A DNA stretch of 64,000 nt from Orbicella franksi (lineage: Eukaryota), in assembly GCA_964199315.1 (NCBI GenBank), contig OZ116707.1, forward strand, positions 3,286,001-3,350,000, in the 5' to 3' direction. How positions within the stretch are numbered: position 1 is the stretch's first letter; every line of letters starts with the position of its first letter. Below are positions 1 to 11,915 of the stretch, piece by piece. The position numbers and the translations under genes are program-made. The notes beneath the pieces were generated by a model, which made no database searches, was not told where the DNA came from, and saw nothing but the letters and a program-made list of their open reading frames with translations.

Positions 1-762
1 GTTCATTTTAGGTTGTAATTTTTAAGGCCAAATTTTGGTTCATTGCGGCCTGATTTTGGTCGAAAAATTAAGGCCCGATTTTGGCTCTCTTCACATTGTT
101 AATTTTTGTACGGGTTGGAAACATTGCGTTGCCACCAGGCCAATGAGTTGAGCCGAAAGTCTGAGCAAGAGAGAACATGTTTACTAACTGAAGACTAGAA
201 GCAAATAGAATACAAATGAAGCAGGCAACAGCGGTAACAAAGGCACCAAGCTAATTACGAACAAACCATGAGACAATGAGGTTAACTAAACAACAGCGTG
301 CATACGAAGCAAAACAATGGAGCAGACTAAACGACTGCATGCACAATGTGTTGCGCTATGCTAGCTGATGGCGGGAGCTAACCAACGATGCAAAATATGG
401 CGCTATTTGAAAGTTTGAAATTGTGTCTTGCCATCTGCCTAGTTACATTTTTCTAATGGCATTGCCATTGAAATTCTTCCTTATTGTAACCACATGGTGT
501 TCTGAGCATAGTGGTCAAATTCCCGAAGCTTAGGAAATGATCCCCCTTTGAATTGGCAGCTACACTGGACAAAGCACTTTCCTTATCAAGGGATTATTGT
601 CCAAACAAAAAAGTACTGATAGCTGAAATATAACCAAGGTAAGCTGATCCATGGAATTTCTCTCTTTGATTTCAACACACTTCATTTCCCGAAATTACTG
701 CTCGTTTCAGTGATAAAAATAAAACATTTTGAACCTAATTTATAAGTGCAATTTATTTGCAG

Positions 763-803
763 GGTGGAGAATTGTTGTCCGTAGAGGTTTGGATGGTTAT
801 TCA
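763..803 (+). pseudogene. Isolated exon fragment of an IS3EU-like integrase-core transposase
   Basis: After the acceptor ttgcag it reads WRIVVRRGLDGYS, matching the W-x-x-V-HGG-x-DGY motif of the transposase at 19640-20782. The rest of the gene is absent. Confidence 0.4.
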
Positions 804-1970
804 TATTGCGACTGTTTAACCCATTGACTCCTGTGCTGGCTGTAACCGGCCACGCAAAAACCTACCCTCAATTTCCTGTGCCAGCCGTAACTGGCCGTAA
901 AAAAGCGTGTGGAGTCTAGGCCCTGTACCGTCTCCCCCTGAGGTCATGTTTTTATTTTGTTGTCATAGTAATAAACTGGGGTGATTAGCCAATCATTTAC
1001 CATCTTTTGGGCACTTTTTGACAGATGATGAGAGGTTCCACGAGGTCAGTGATTTCTCAAGAAAAATTTCATGCACGCAGTCAAATTATTGGTAGGTGTG
1101 AGACAATGGTAGAGAACACTGCAAGAGAACCCAATCTTGTGGCTATTTTCGAAGACTTAGGGGATGAAGGAAGCTGTGATGGGTTTGCAGGTAGAAGTAG
1201 TAATAACGATAGTGATGTGGATCTTGTAGGTTTAGAGGACGATGATGGTGGCCCAGCACCTGGCGACGTTTGCTTCACCGATTATCACATGCTGTCGTCG
1301 TCGGCAACCATTCGTCTCGGGAGACAATGGTATAGTGCTATGTCAATGCTGAGCTGTTAAAAGTTTTTGCTTGCAGGCTGTCCATCTCCTGAGTCCTCGT
1401 TCGCCAAGAGTCTATATTGTGAGAGAAACTGAGATATTTAAGATTAGTACTTACCGTAATGTAAATATTACTCATTTTATCCGTATGTTTGAAATCGGGA
1501 ATTATTTGCAAATTTTCGCTTTGCGAGTCGGTTTGTTTACAGTTGTTGGGCAGGTGAGAAGATTCCCGTTTCAGAGATAATTAATTTTGGCCTCAATTTG
1601 GCTTCTTTTTGGCTTCATTTTTCCTTGGTATTTGGCTGCTAATATACCATAACAGAAATCTTGTTGATCTTGAATTTTTTTTTTGTCATATTTGCTTTGT
1701 TTTTGTCATCTATATTTACATAGTCCGCTTCCCTTTGGCTGTGTAAATCAATTTCTGTCAGTGGTGTTCAAATGATACTCCTACATTTTTATTTCAGTAC
1801 GAGATGAAAGTTTATGCTTTTTTTTCATTAATATATTTTAATCTGTCCATTGACAGTCCTAGATACTTAAATATCAATTTTGATCTTGTACAGCAATGAT
1901 AATTTACTTAACAATGAAAACAATGTTGTTTTTGGATTAACTCACTATGTAAACCAAAACTCACGGAAGA

Positions 1971-2969
1971 GTTTGGGAGCACAAAGAAACGTTCTTGTTA
2001 CTTAAAAAGTGGGGAGACAAGAATATCCAGCCCCAGCTAAAATCATGCAAAAGAAAAAAGCCTGTATGGCTAGAGTTGTGGCATATCTTTGCACTGCAGG
2101 CTATGAAGACAGAGACGACGGCAGCTGCTAAACACAAATTCACACTCTTATAAGCGCCTATAGAAGCTACAAAGACGAATGCACCAAGATGGGAAATGCC
2201 ACACCAAAGAAGAAGCTGGCTTTCTTTGACAAAGTGGACGAGCTTTTGTCGGACAAGTCATGTACCAAACCGAAGGTAATTATAAAGCCTGCAACAACTT
2301 CCATAGATGGCGACGATGATGAAGAAAAAATGATCAGAAAACGTTGAGCCGAACGTAAACATCCCTGGCAGCAGTGAAGAAAAGTCAGAAAACCTTGACA
2401 AACCTCTCAGTTGTGTGACAGCGTTGACAGGTAAGAGTTATAAAATGCTCTCCCATTGGAGGGCCAGATAATAGAATTGTGTCCAACAGCAACATCTGAT
2501 GTCGTCTGTAAAAGTTTTGTTCAATCCGTATGTTTGAATACCATATTTGAGAGTTACATGCAGATACAAGACAGTTCTATCCGTATTACAGTGTAATATT
2601 GAGATAACTATACCATAAGTCTTTAACATCTTTTATTTCTCTCTTGGCTATGATGTTCATGCAACCGATTAAAGTTTTGGCAGTTGCCATGTTGTTCCTT
2701 CAAGTGCAACGGAAGCTGAGGAAACAAAGAAGCTGGTACCCCGTCAGTCGGCCATCTTAAAGGCAAATAAACAGAGGAAAACTGCTTCTGATGTATTTGC
2801 AAAGTTTGATTAAGTGTTCGAGTCCTTTGTGGAGTATCAGCAAGCGGCTGACAAGAGCTTCCTCGAAGCTGAAGTGGCAAGAGAGAGGCAAGAGGGGGAA
2901 AGTGTGGAGAAGCGAAGGAAGGAGGATCAAGAATTTCTCCTGAAACTGGCACAGGTTCTTCACAAGTAG
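1971..2969 (+). pseudogene. Myb/SANT-like (trihelix) DNA-binding protein of PIF/Harbinger type; 2 exons, disrupted
   Basis: Manual translation gives VWEHKETFLLLKKWGDKNIQPQL..KPVW [frameshift] VAYLCTAGYEDRDDGSC*TQIHTLISAYRSYKD..FFDKVDELL. A gtaag donor lies near 2431, and a coiled-coil second exon ends RKEDQEFLLKLAQVLHK*. Confidence 0.7.
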
Positions 2970-3504
2970 AACCAAGTATGTACCTGCGAATTAATTCCAA
3001 GTTGCTAAAGGGGCAGTGGCACATCATGGAATTAAATTTTTGGACCAAAACATAGCTACAGTATCTTTGTAAAATAATTCCATCTATATGTGACTTCACA
3101 GCCCCAGCTATGATATAATATCACAACAGTGTAGCATGAATTCTATTTTGTGATTTTCAATGACTTGTTTTTTCATGTAAATAAATTCAGCCAGTTTGAA
3201 TTTTTTCAAAATCTACTGCTGAAAACAAATTTTGGCAGGCAAAATTTTGGCAAATTTGAGTCTGGTTTTTCTAGATGAAGGTAGGGGCTGTAGATTATAA
3301 ACATGCCACACTGTCAAAATCAAACTGGTTTGTTATAAAGTTGAAGCCAAAGGTAAATTTTGTAAGCACAACGGGGTTGCAATTTGTGACAGGCGGTTTG
3401 GCTGTATTCAGCAATTCTTTAACACCAAAGAAAAAATTGAAACTCCACAGGAGTGGGAAACGACACTACAAAACAGCCGCTTAAATAACGTTAAAAGTTA
3501 CTGG

Positions 3505-3900
3505 GTGAATTTGGATTGGATTATGAACTATAAAAGCTTTCTAAGAATGAAGTACGTTGCTAGAAGCGAGGACATTGAATGCGAGAAATTCGAAGTAAGG
3601 AAGATCGCGTTTATCAATTTTGGTTCTGGAGAAATAACCGATCAGGAGGAGAACTTACAACTAAGCTGGCACCCAGAAACCCCGTTTATAAGGTTTCCAA
3701 TGGATACGAAAGAGAAGCCAAGAATTGTCTCATTTGTGAAGAAAAAGCAAGGCATGGAATTGAATGCGGCTGAACATTTGGCTCCAGTGAGACTAGAAAA
3801 GAAACCCATTCGCAATGATGTTAAGTAAGACTGTATAAAGCTAGCTCAGAAATATTTATCTGCAACTGCAAAATGTTTCTACGCCTCATTACCAGCAGGC
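3505..3900 (+). pseudogene. Possible C-terminal fragment of a DNA-transposon transposase
   Basis: ORF 3505-3828 continues past a stop as DCIKLAQKYLSATAKCFYASLP, resembling the K..DL..L......FY..L tail of Sola1-like transposases. No catalytic motif is seen. Confidence 0.3.
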
Positions 3901-4005
3901 TCTGATCAAGACATTGATGACAATGACGACTGAAACATTTACCCCAGAAGAATGAAGTTAGTGTTAGTGTAGGTAATCGTATGAATGCGAGTGCATTCAT
4001 ACGGT

Positions 4006-4102
4006 TTACACTACTCCTTATATTTGAAAGTTCTCTCGAAATTGCACAAGCCTTTAGGCAAGTGTGATTTGAAAGAATTTTCCAATATCAGGAGTAGTGT
4101 AA
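4006..4102. repeat. Short inverted-repeat (MITE-like) element
   Basis: TTACACTACTCCT (4006-4018) and AGGAGTAGTGTAA (4090-4102) are exact reverse complements. An adjacent hairpin CGTATGAATGC/GCATTCATACG lies at about 3978-4003. Confidence 0.55.
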
Positions 4103-4528
4103 GTCCTTAATTACTCAAGCTCTCATACAATTACTTATTTATTATATGACTGAGAAAATTTCGAATGCCTGTGCGTTGATTTGTACTGCAGTGCAAATTA
4201 AGAATTAACGACAAATTAGCCTGCTCTTAGCCAATCACAATGAAGTAATTTTCTTGGTCATATAATGTCCATAGGGTGCTGACTTAGAAATTCAGATCCA
4301 AAGAAAAGTAGAATCATTCCAAATTGTGAGTTTTAAATTCAACTTTTAACACACTACCAGCAAAACCAAACACAATTGGATTGCATATCACAAATGTGAA
4401 GTCCTCTGGCTTCAGTTAAAGTGACAAAAGCTTTCACGGTAATGGCAGGTAAAAAATTGCGTTTTTGGTTATTGGTTATTGAAGATGATTTCCAATTGAA
4501 TTCCATTTTTTTAGAAGGATTTATCATT

Positions 4529-4691
4529 TGTTGTAATATTAACTTGTGGGTACCCCTCTGTGGAGTCCCTTACGTTTTCGTGGGCCACCCCACATCTCGC
4601 GAACATGTGAGTTGGCTTATGTCGGACATTGTGTTGACAGTGTTTAACGTTGCGTTGAGTATTTGAGCTTATCTAAAGCTATCTTACAACA
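4529..4691 (+). repeat. Gypsy-1 5' LTR
   Basis: 163 bp; differs from the 3' LTR by about 6 substitutions and 1 indel (manual count). Confidence 0.97.
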
Positions 4692-4762
4692 TGGTGTCAG
4701 AAGTGAAAACCTTTTAGGGATTGCAAGGAGTTTATCAGGGCTTGGCTGAGTTACAAACCGCG

Positions 4763-7700
4763 ATGGCTGAGCGAGATACGAGAACTCCAGGTCCTTTGGT
4801 GCTCGATGCAAACGCAGCGGAGAACTGGAGAAAGTTTTTAATGCAGTTTGAAATTTATCTTGTGGCAAAAAGCAAAGATGACAAACTGGATAAATTGAAG
4901 GTAAACGTGTTACTTCACTGTGCTGGACCCGAAGTGATTGAAGAATATAGTCATTTTGTTTACAATGCTGGAGAAGACAAAGAATGTTATGCGGATGTTT
5001 GCAGCAAATTTAAGGCACTCTGTGAGGGAGCAAGGAATGTCATTTGAGAGGTTAGTGTTTAATAAGCGTAACCAGAAAGAGGGAGAGCGAGTTGATAACT
5101 TTGTCAGCGAACTGAAACGGTTGTCGCTAACATGTGAATTCGGCGAACTGCGAGATTCGCTAATAAGAGATCGAATTGTGGGAGGTGTATTATCTGATGA
5201 GCTGAGAGGGGAACTGCTAAAGAAACCTGACCTAACCCTACAGAAGGCTCATGATTATTGTCGTACCTTTGAAGCCTCAGAATTACAAAAGTTCAAGTTC
5301 AACATTCAAGCGAGTGCTGGAACTGAGCATTCATTAGGAATTCAGCCTGTTAGAAAGTCAAAAGAAGCTGACAAGACAGCTGCTTGTTCTTGTAAGTTTT
5401 GTGGTTACAAGCACCCATTTACTCAACCATCTCGTTGTCCCGCATTTGGAAAACAGTGCTTAAAGTGCAAGAAAGAAGGTCATTTCGCCCAAGTCTGCCC
5501 AGGGAATGTAAAAGAAGGTTCGAAAGTTGATTTCGTGCAACAAGAAAGTCCACCAGACTTAGACACTCAGAATATGAATAAGGAGGTACATACCTATTTT
5601 GGATCTATTGAACTGGACAGTGTTTCTGATTCCAGGAAATCAACAAAGAGCCTTATCACTCTTAAGATTGAAGGGCAGAATGTTGAAGTAAAAGCAGACA
5701 CAGGTGAAGAGGCTACTGTCATACCCTTTCATCGGTATAAGAAAATCTCCAAAAAACCTCTCCAAAAGATTCAGCAACCCTTGAAAGGCTGGCTTGCAAC
5801 TAAGCCCATTCATCCAAGAGGCTGTGTACACCTTCAAACTCAATACAAGAATCGTCAAATGAACCTGTTGTACCTTGTTGTTGATGGGAACAAGGTATGT
5901 GGGATGTGATGCCTGCTTGGATTTAGAAGTCCTTCAGTTTATGAATCTCCAACTGATAGATACACCAGGACCTAATCCAGCCATGCCGGATATGCCAAGA
6001 GCACGTGGAGACCAGACCATCTTCCAGAAGGACCCAATATTGAGGGAGTACCCAGATTGTTTCAGTGACAAACCCGGCACACTTCCAAACAAAGTACATC
6101 TGGAAGTTGATGCTTCAGTACCCCCAGTTGTTCACCCTCCCAGGAAAATTCCAGTTGCTATGCTGGAGCCAGCACAAGAGAAACTCAAAGAGATGTTAGA
6201 AGATGGTATTATCGTGAAAGAGGATGAGCCTACGTCGTGGGTCTCATCAATGCTAGTTATTGACAAAAGAAAGGTGAAGGATAAAAGAAAGGACGCTCGA
6301 CTGTCAAAGGATGTCAGAATTTGTATTGACCCAAGAGATCTTAACAAGGTCCTGAAAAGACCCCATTATCCAATGGTTACCATAGAAGAAGTTGCAAACC
6401 GACTTTCAGGTGCAAAGAGTTTCACATCACTTGATGCATGTAGTGGATACTGGCAACTCCCCGTAGATGAGGAGAGTTCCAAGCTCTTGACTTTTAACAC
6501 ACCGTGGGGGCGATACCGATTTACAAGACTCCCTTTTGGTATCTCACCAGCTCCTGAAATCTACCAAAGGGAGATGGACAGACTGTTTGAAGGGGTTCCT
6601 GTTGAAAACATAGTGGATGATTTCCTGATACATGGTAAAGATCAGCTTGAAGTTGATGACAAATTGAGAAGAGTACTTGACAAGAGCAAGGAGGTAGGAT
6701 TGAAGTTCAACCCTAAAAAGGTGAAGCTTAGAGTACCAGAAGTAAGTTATGTTGGACACCTGTTCTCATCTGAAGGTTTGAAACCAGATCCGGAGAAGAT
6801 CAGAGCCATTAATGAGATGCCACCCCCAGAAGACAAAGAAGGTGTACTTCGCATACTAGGAACTGTGAATTACCTGGACAAATTCATCAAGCACAAGGCT
6901 GACATACAAGAACCCATATCGCAACTTACCCAAAAAGATGCAGCATTTGTTTGGGAAAAGCCACAACAAGAGGCCTTCGACAATCTGAAATCAGTCATCA
7001 CGAGTGCACCTGCACTAGCTTATTTTGACAACAGCAAGGAAACAGTGCTAAATGTAGATGCAAGTAGTAAAGACCTTGGTGCAGTGATCCTACAGGACGG
7101 CAAGCAGGTTGCATTCGGATCCAAAACACTAACTGTGAGAAAAGGTATGCAAACATCGAGAGAGAGCTGCTTGCAATCGTCTGGGGCGCACAGAAATTTC
7201 ACACCTATGTATATGGGCACAGAGTAATTGTAGAGACAGATCACAAACCCTTAGAGTCTATCTTCCGCAAGTCTCTGAATGATGCTCTCCCCAGGCTACA
7301 AAGGATGCTATTGAAACTTACCAAGTATGATCTTGATGTGCGATATGTCCCTGGAAAATGGCAAGTCATCTCAGACTGTCTTAGCAGAGCACCTCTCAGT
7401 GATACGGAGCCAGTCAGTGAACCAGAAGATGTAATTGGAATCAATCTTATTGAGGAGCTCGGATTTGAAAGCAGCACACTGACGAGATTTAAGGAGACCT
7501 CCAGCATTGACAAAACCTCAAGAGTAGTGATGGAGTATGTCTTGAAAGGGTGGCCGTCTGAGAAAGAACAGGTTGATGAGCTTGCTAGAGAGTACTGGAG
7601 CTTTAAGGAAGAGCTGAGTGTGGAGGATGGATTGCTGTTTAAATCAGACCGAATAGTCGTCCCAAGACCACTGAGGGCTGAGGTGCTGATGAAATCCATG

Positions 7701-8774
7701 GAGCTCATATGGGAGGAAGTAAGAGCCTTAGCTTTGCCAGAGATTACGTCTTCTGGCCCTCAATGACAGCCCAGATCAAAGACAAAGTCAGCTCCTGTTC
7801 AATTTGTAATGCCTTCCGCAACTGACAACAAAGAGAGTCATTGCATCCACATGACATCCCTGGATTACCTTGGCAGGTAGTCGGGACTGACTTGTTTGAA
7901 TATGGAGGCCAAACATACTTGTTGGTCACTGACTTCTATTCAAAATACTTTGAAATTGAATTACTGCGTCAGAACACTGCCACCTGTGTCATTAACAACC
8001 TGAACAAAATATTTGCAAGGTTTGGAGTCCCGGATAAGGTTGTGAACGATAATGATTCCCAATACAGCAATACCAGGAATCTATTCGACAGCACTCATGA
8101 GTTCAAGCAATTTGCTGAAGATTCGGGTTTTTGCCACACAACGAGCTCTCCAGAGTACCCCCAATCAAATGGTGCAGTGGAGAGAGCAGTGCAGACAGCA
8201 AAGCGCATTTTGAAGAAGGCTGCAGCTGACCAAAAAGACCCTTTTGAAGGGCTGTTGAAGTACCGCAACACTCCATTTGAAGATATCAACGTGTCACCTG
8301 CACAGCTGCTGATGAGTCGGCGCACACGCACAATGATACCAACCCATCGACGTCTCTTATTACCGCAGGCAGTGGATCCTAGTAGTGAAAGCGCTGAGGC
8401 TACGTCAATTTGTCTCTAAGAAGAATTACGACAAACAGAGTGGAGATCTGCCTCCACTTGAAGCTGGGGACAAGGTGCGAATTCGGCCAAATAGAGATAG
8501 AGAATGGCGTGAAGCAGAAGTGTTGCCACGATCATACTTAGTACAGGATGAACGAGGGTGTGTCTATAGAAGACATCAAAGGCAGATAATCTCAGTCCCA
8601 AATGATCATCCAACGAGACTACGGCTGCATGATCCTCCTTCAAGTCCCCAGTGTGCTGACTCTCCAATATGTCCATCATCACCTTCTATAAAGGACTCAG
8701 CACCAGAACCAATGGAATCAGCAGAAGGACCAAGAAATGCAGAACGATCACCTATTACAACCAGATCCGGGTGA
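4763..8774 (+). pseudogene. Gypsy-1 gag-pol (gag, zinc knuckles, protease, RT, RNase H, integrase), frameshifted
   Basis: Motifs seen: CKFCGYKH..CPAFGKQCLKCKKEGHFAQVC knuckle, ADTG protease, CIDPRDLN and VDDFLI RT, TDHKPL RNase H, and VGTDLF..HPQ-type SNGAVER integrase. The frame is split over six ORFs. Confidence 0.95.
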
Positions 8775-8821
8775 CAACTTAAAAAGCCCCAGAGACTCAT
8801 TGAATCCTGTTAGAGGGGAGA

Positions 8822-8985
8822 TGTTGTAATATTAACTTGTGGGTATCCCTCTGTGGAGTCCCTCACGTTTTCGTGGGCTGCCCCACATCTCGCGAACATG
8901 TGAGTTGGCTTATGTCAGACATTGTGTTGACAGTGTTTAACGTTGCATTGAGTATTTGAGCCTTATCTAAAGCTATCTTACAACA
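8822..8985 (+). repeat. Gypsy-1 3' LTR
   Basis: Direct repeat of 4529-4691, followed by the TSD TCATT. Confidence 0.97.
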
Positions 8986-9269
8986 TCATTTATCTATAAT
9001 GTCGACACCTTCAGTACTGTTTCTTCCTTTCGCTGGGTTAAATTTGAGCGGTTTTCGCGATTGTCTACGATTCTGAGTACCCGTTTGCCAATACAGATTG
9101 CCATTTGTTGAAATTTTCAAAAATATCTAGTTAGCTATAACCGCTGACGACTTTTTTTATAACAAATGGATAATTTTTCAGACTAGCGAAATTTACCTAC
9201 TCGATTCCGCTTTTGAGTAAATAGGACCTGGCGAAATAAGTAACAATGATAGGTATTTAGCCTCTGTGT

Positions 9270-9478
9270 CAATCTTGTTCCCAGAGTCTTGGTCATCCCC
9301 TTGACCAGCGATCGGAAAATGAGAGCTCTGGGAACAACCATTTCAGGCCTGCGCCATAGATGCAGACTGCGCAGTAAAAAAGGATGGGCAGAATTTGGTT
9401 ATTTCAAAATGGTTGCTTCCAGAGCTCTCGTTTTCTGACCGCTGGTCGAGGGGAACGAAGACTTTGGGGACGAGATTG
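9270..9478. mobile_element. 209-bp MITE with 9-bp TSD
   Basis: TIRs CAATCTTGTTCCCAGAGTCTT and AAGACTTTGGGGACGAGATTG; CCTCTGTGT is duplicated at 9261-9269 and 9479-9487. Confidence 0.85.
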
Positions 9479-11256
9479 CCTCTGTGTCAAAAGTTTTGAG
9501 ACAAGAGAAACATAACTCTTGCTCACGAATAACTCATGTTGGGTTAGTGGTTTTAGCTGGCCCACTGCAGGCCATGATCAGTCAGAAAGAAATCAGTCAA
9601 GCCAAATGCAAGGTTTGTTATCACGTGTATTTTAATAAAAAAAATATCTACTAATTAGTTTAACTCTTTTCCTGACAATGCTCTGTTCACCATTATTTAT
9701 ATGAAACAGTATAGAAAACAGTATACAACTACATAACAGTAACTTCGTTATTGCTATTAGTAGGTGGCTAAGTATTTAAATAATTCGTAAGAAATTGAAA
9801 GGGATGCAGTGCAGGATGAGAGGCATTACATCAGAATCCGGAAAAAGCGTTTGTACACTTGCTAATTAGTGAGATGCAATGAAACATTTCCATATAAACA
9901 TGTATAAAGTTACACTTTGTTTGAAGGGGGTAAGGACAATTTTTACTCACGAAAATTAAGGCATGAACCAGGTCTATAAATTACGGTCTAGATAAGGGTC
10001 ACAAATTAGTCCAATACTCTGGTTCAAGTCATACCCTAAGATTCTTTAGTAGAATTCTACTACTATACTAATGAAAATGCTGTAATCTGATTGGCTGAGC
10101 CACTGCACACTATCATGCATTAGTGTGCAGTAGCTTGGTGTGGTCGACAACATTGCCACGTTTCCTCGATTCTACGAAGTTTTCAAAGAGCATTCAGAAA
10201 CAAATGGATAAACAAAATTCCTGAGAAGACTAAAAGGAGGGCATTTACGTGCGGTTTCTTGAATTAAAAAAGGTCGAAATGTTTGAAAGAAACTGATAAG
10301 CGCGCGTACACAACTGCAAATGTCAAACTGACAATTAATTCAGTCCGCACGAATTCCCTAAAGCGTGAAGTTTGACACTAAGACCAGAAATAATTAGAAC
10401 CGTTACTTGAAAGAAATTTCAGTTACAATTCTACTAAAATAATTAGATTACTCGCCCTCGATTTCTATTTAACAATTAAATTATGAGCTTGAGATTTCAA
10501 AAAATCTCTTATCGAAATCCTCCTCACAGACACTTTGAAAGAAGTGGCCATCAATTTGTTAACAAGGGCACACTACTACGCCACTCATTATCTATCGATC
10601 ACAAAGTAGCTAGTGAGAAACGTAGCCAATCAGAGAACAGCATTCGTGATAGAACGCTAGTAGATTTATACTAAGAGGCGATATTTGATTTGGCCTACGG
10701 CCTCATCAACTATCAACTCGTAGAAATCTCCAGCTCATAATGTAATTGTTAATTAGAGTTCAAGCACATTAAGGTCTGGATCATAACAAATAGTTGATTC
10801 ATGAAAATGTCAGTGGAACAAAATTTAGCAGTTCTGTCTACTTAACGTCGTCAACATTTTCAAGTGTACCCAACATTTGAGGAATTGGTGGTGGTTGACA
10901 AGGAAGCAGGTCAACCATTTCGGTCCTGTAACGTTTGGAATAAGCGTATCCCTCGTTTTGAGATGGTCAAAGGTCACTAATTTCCCCCAAAAACCTACAC
11001 CACTCTTTAATACGAAATCAAGTACACTCCATTCTGAACGTAGCAAAGGTAGATAATTAAAAAAAAACCTGCGTTATTGACCAACAAGAGTGGAAGTCTA
11101 TGCCAACTCGATTTCACCGACATGTAAGAAAAGACTCCAATTTAGTTTTTAGCAGAAGAAAATATACATGTCAGCTTAGTAAAACAATTCAGGATAACCA
11201 CAACCCGCATGACTACTCAGGTTCTGCTGTTTCCCATTAAATTCTTGATCCAGGCC

Positions 11257-11915
11257 TTAAAGGGCTTGAGAGGGAATAGTTTGACTGTCTGCATGACATT
11301 CCCAATCCGTATTGTTGTAGTTCCATAGGAACTCTACGGTTTCGGGAATATCATGCAAGGCAACCAAAATCACTCTCGGTCTTCCTGAATTTTTTAACGC
11401 TACAAAGGGTCTCGAATTTGCGTGGTTTCGAGAGTGGTTGATCAGTGCCCCCCAAGTCGGCCCGGTTTCTTCATTGCCTTGGTAGGGATTGATCCTAAAA
11501 ACAAAATATAAAACAAATAATGCGCATTATTAAATCGTGTATACTTGTATTTCAGCCATGGCTATAGGTTTAATTAGTCTTGACTCATATAGACAAATTG
11601 ATCAAACTCGTTTCATTTTTCAAGTTACCATTAATTATACTAAGGGTTGCGATGGTTGTTGAGATAGCTCTGTTAATGAAACGCCCCTTGAAGATCTTAC
11701 GTCAAACAAGGTACTTACGCAATTTGGCGGCCTCCGCTTTCAATGACCATCAGGGTGCAAATTTTGCCCTCCCTGGCATATTTCTCCTTGCACGTGGCCG
11801 CTTCTACCAAGGAAACATGTTCCCCTTGATATTCTACCACTATTTCACCCCTCTTGATGTCACGGTTTGCAAAACGCACAGCGACCTGCCCCTCTGGGGT
11901 CACTGGGAACACCAT
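11257..11915 (-). CDS. SET-domain protein (PR-Set7/SETD8-like), 2 exons, 5' truncated
   Basis: Exon ~11915-11719 (FANRDIKRGEIVVEYQGE..EA..KEKY) splices GT-AG in frame to exon 11494-11257 (WGALINHSRNHAN..GRPRVILVALHDIPETVEFLWNY), giving the SET NHS and ELxxxY-like motifs. Confidence 0.75.

Larger units (their letters stand above)
4529..8985 (+). mobile_element. Gypsy-1: full-length decayed Ty3/Gypsy (Mag-like) LTR retrotransposon
   Basis: TG..CA LTRs at 4529-4691 and 8822-8985, TSD TCATT on both sides, PBS TGGTGTCAGAAGTG (tRNA-Leu-type) at 4692 and PPT AGAGGGGAGA at 8812-8821. Confidence 0.97.

Noticed and set aside
816-1360. TTAA-CCC start resembling a piggyBac end, followed by an acidic ORF (1025-1360)
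   Set aside because: No matching inverted end or transposase motif was found in the window.
10040-10760. Non-coding repeats with CCAAT boxes and GGCCTACGGCC motifs (also 18690-19030 and 58213-58710)
   Set aside because: They look like common non-autonomous repeats, but their ends and TSDs could not be defined, so no specific claim is supportable.
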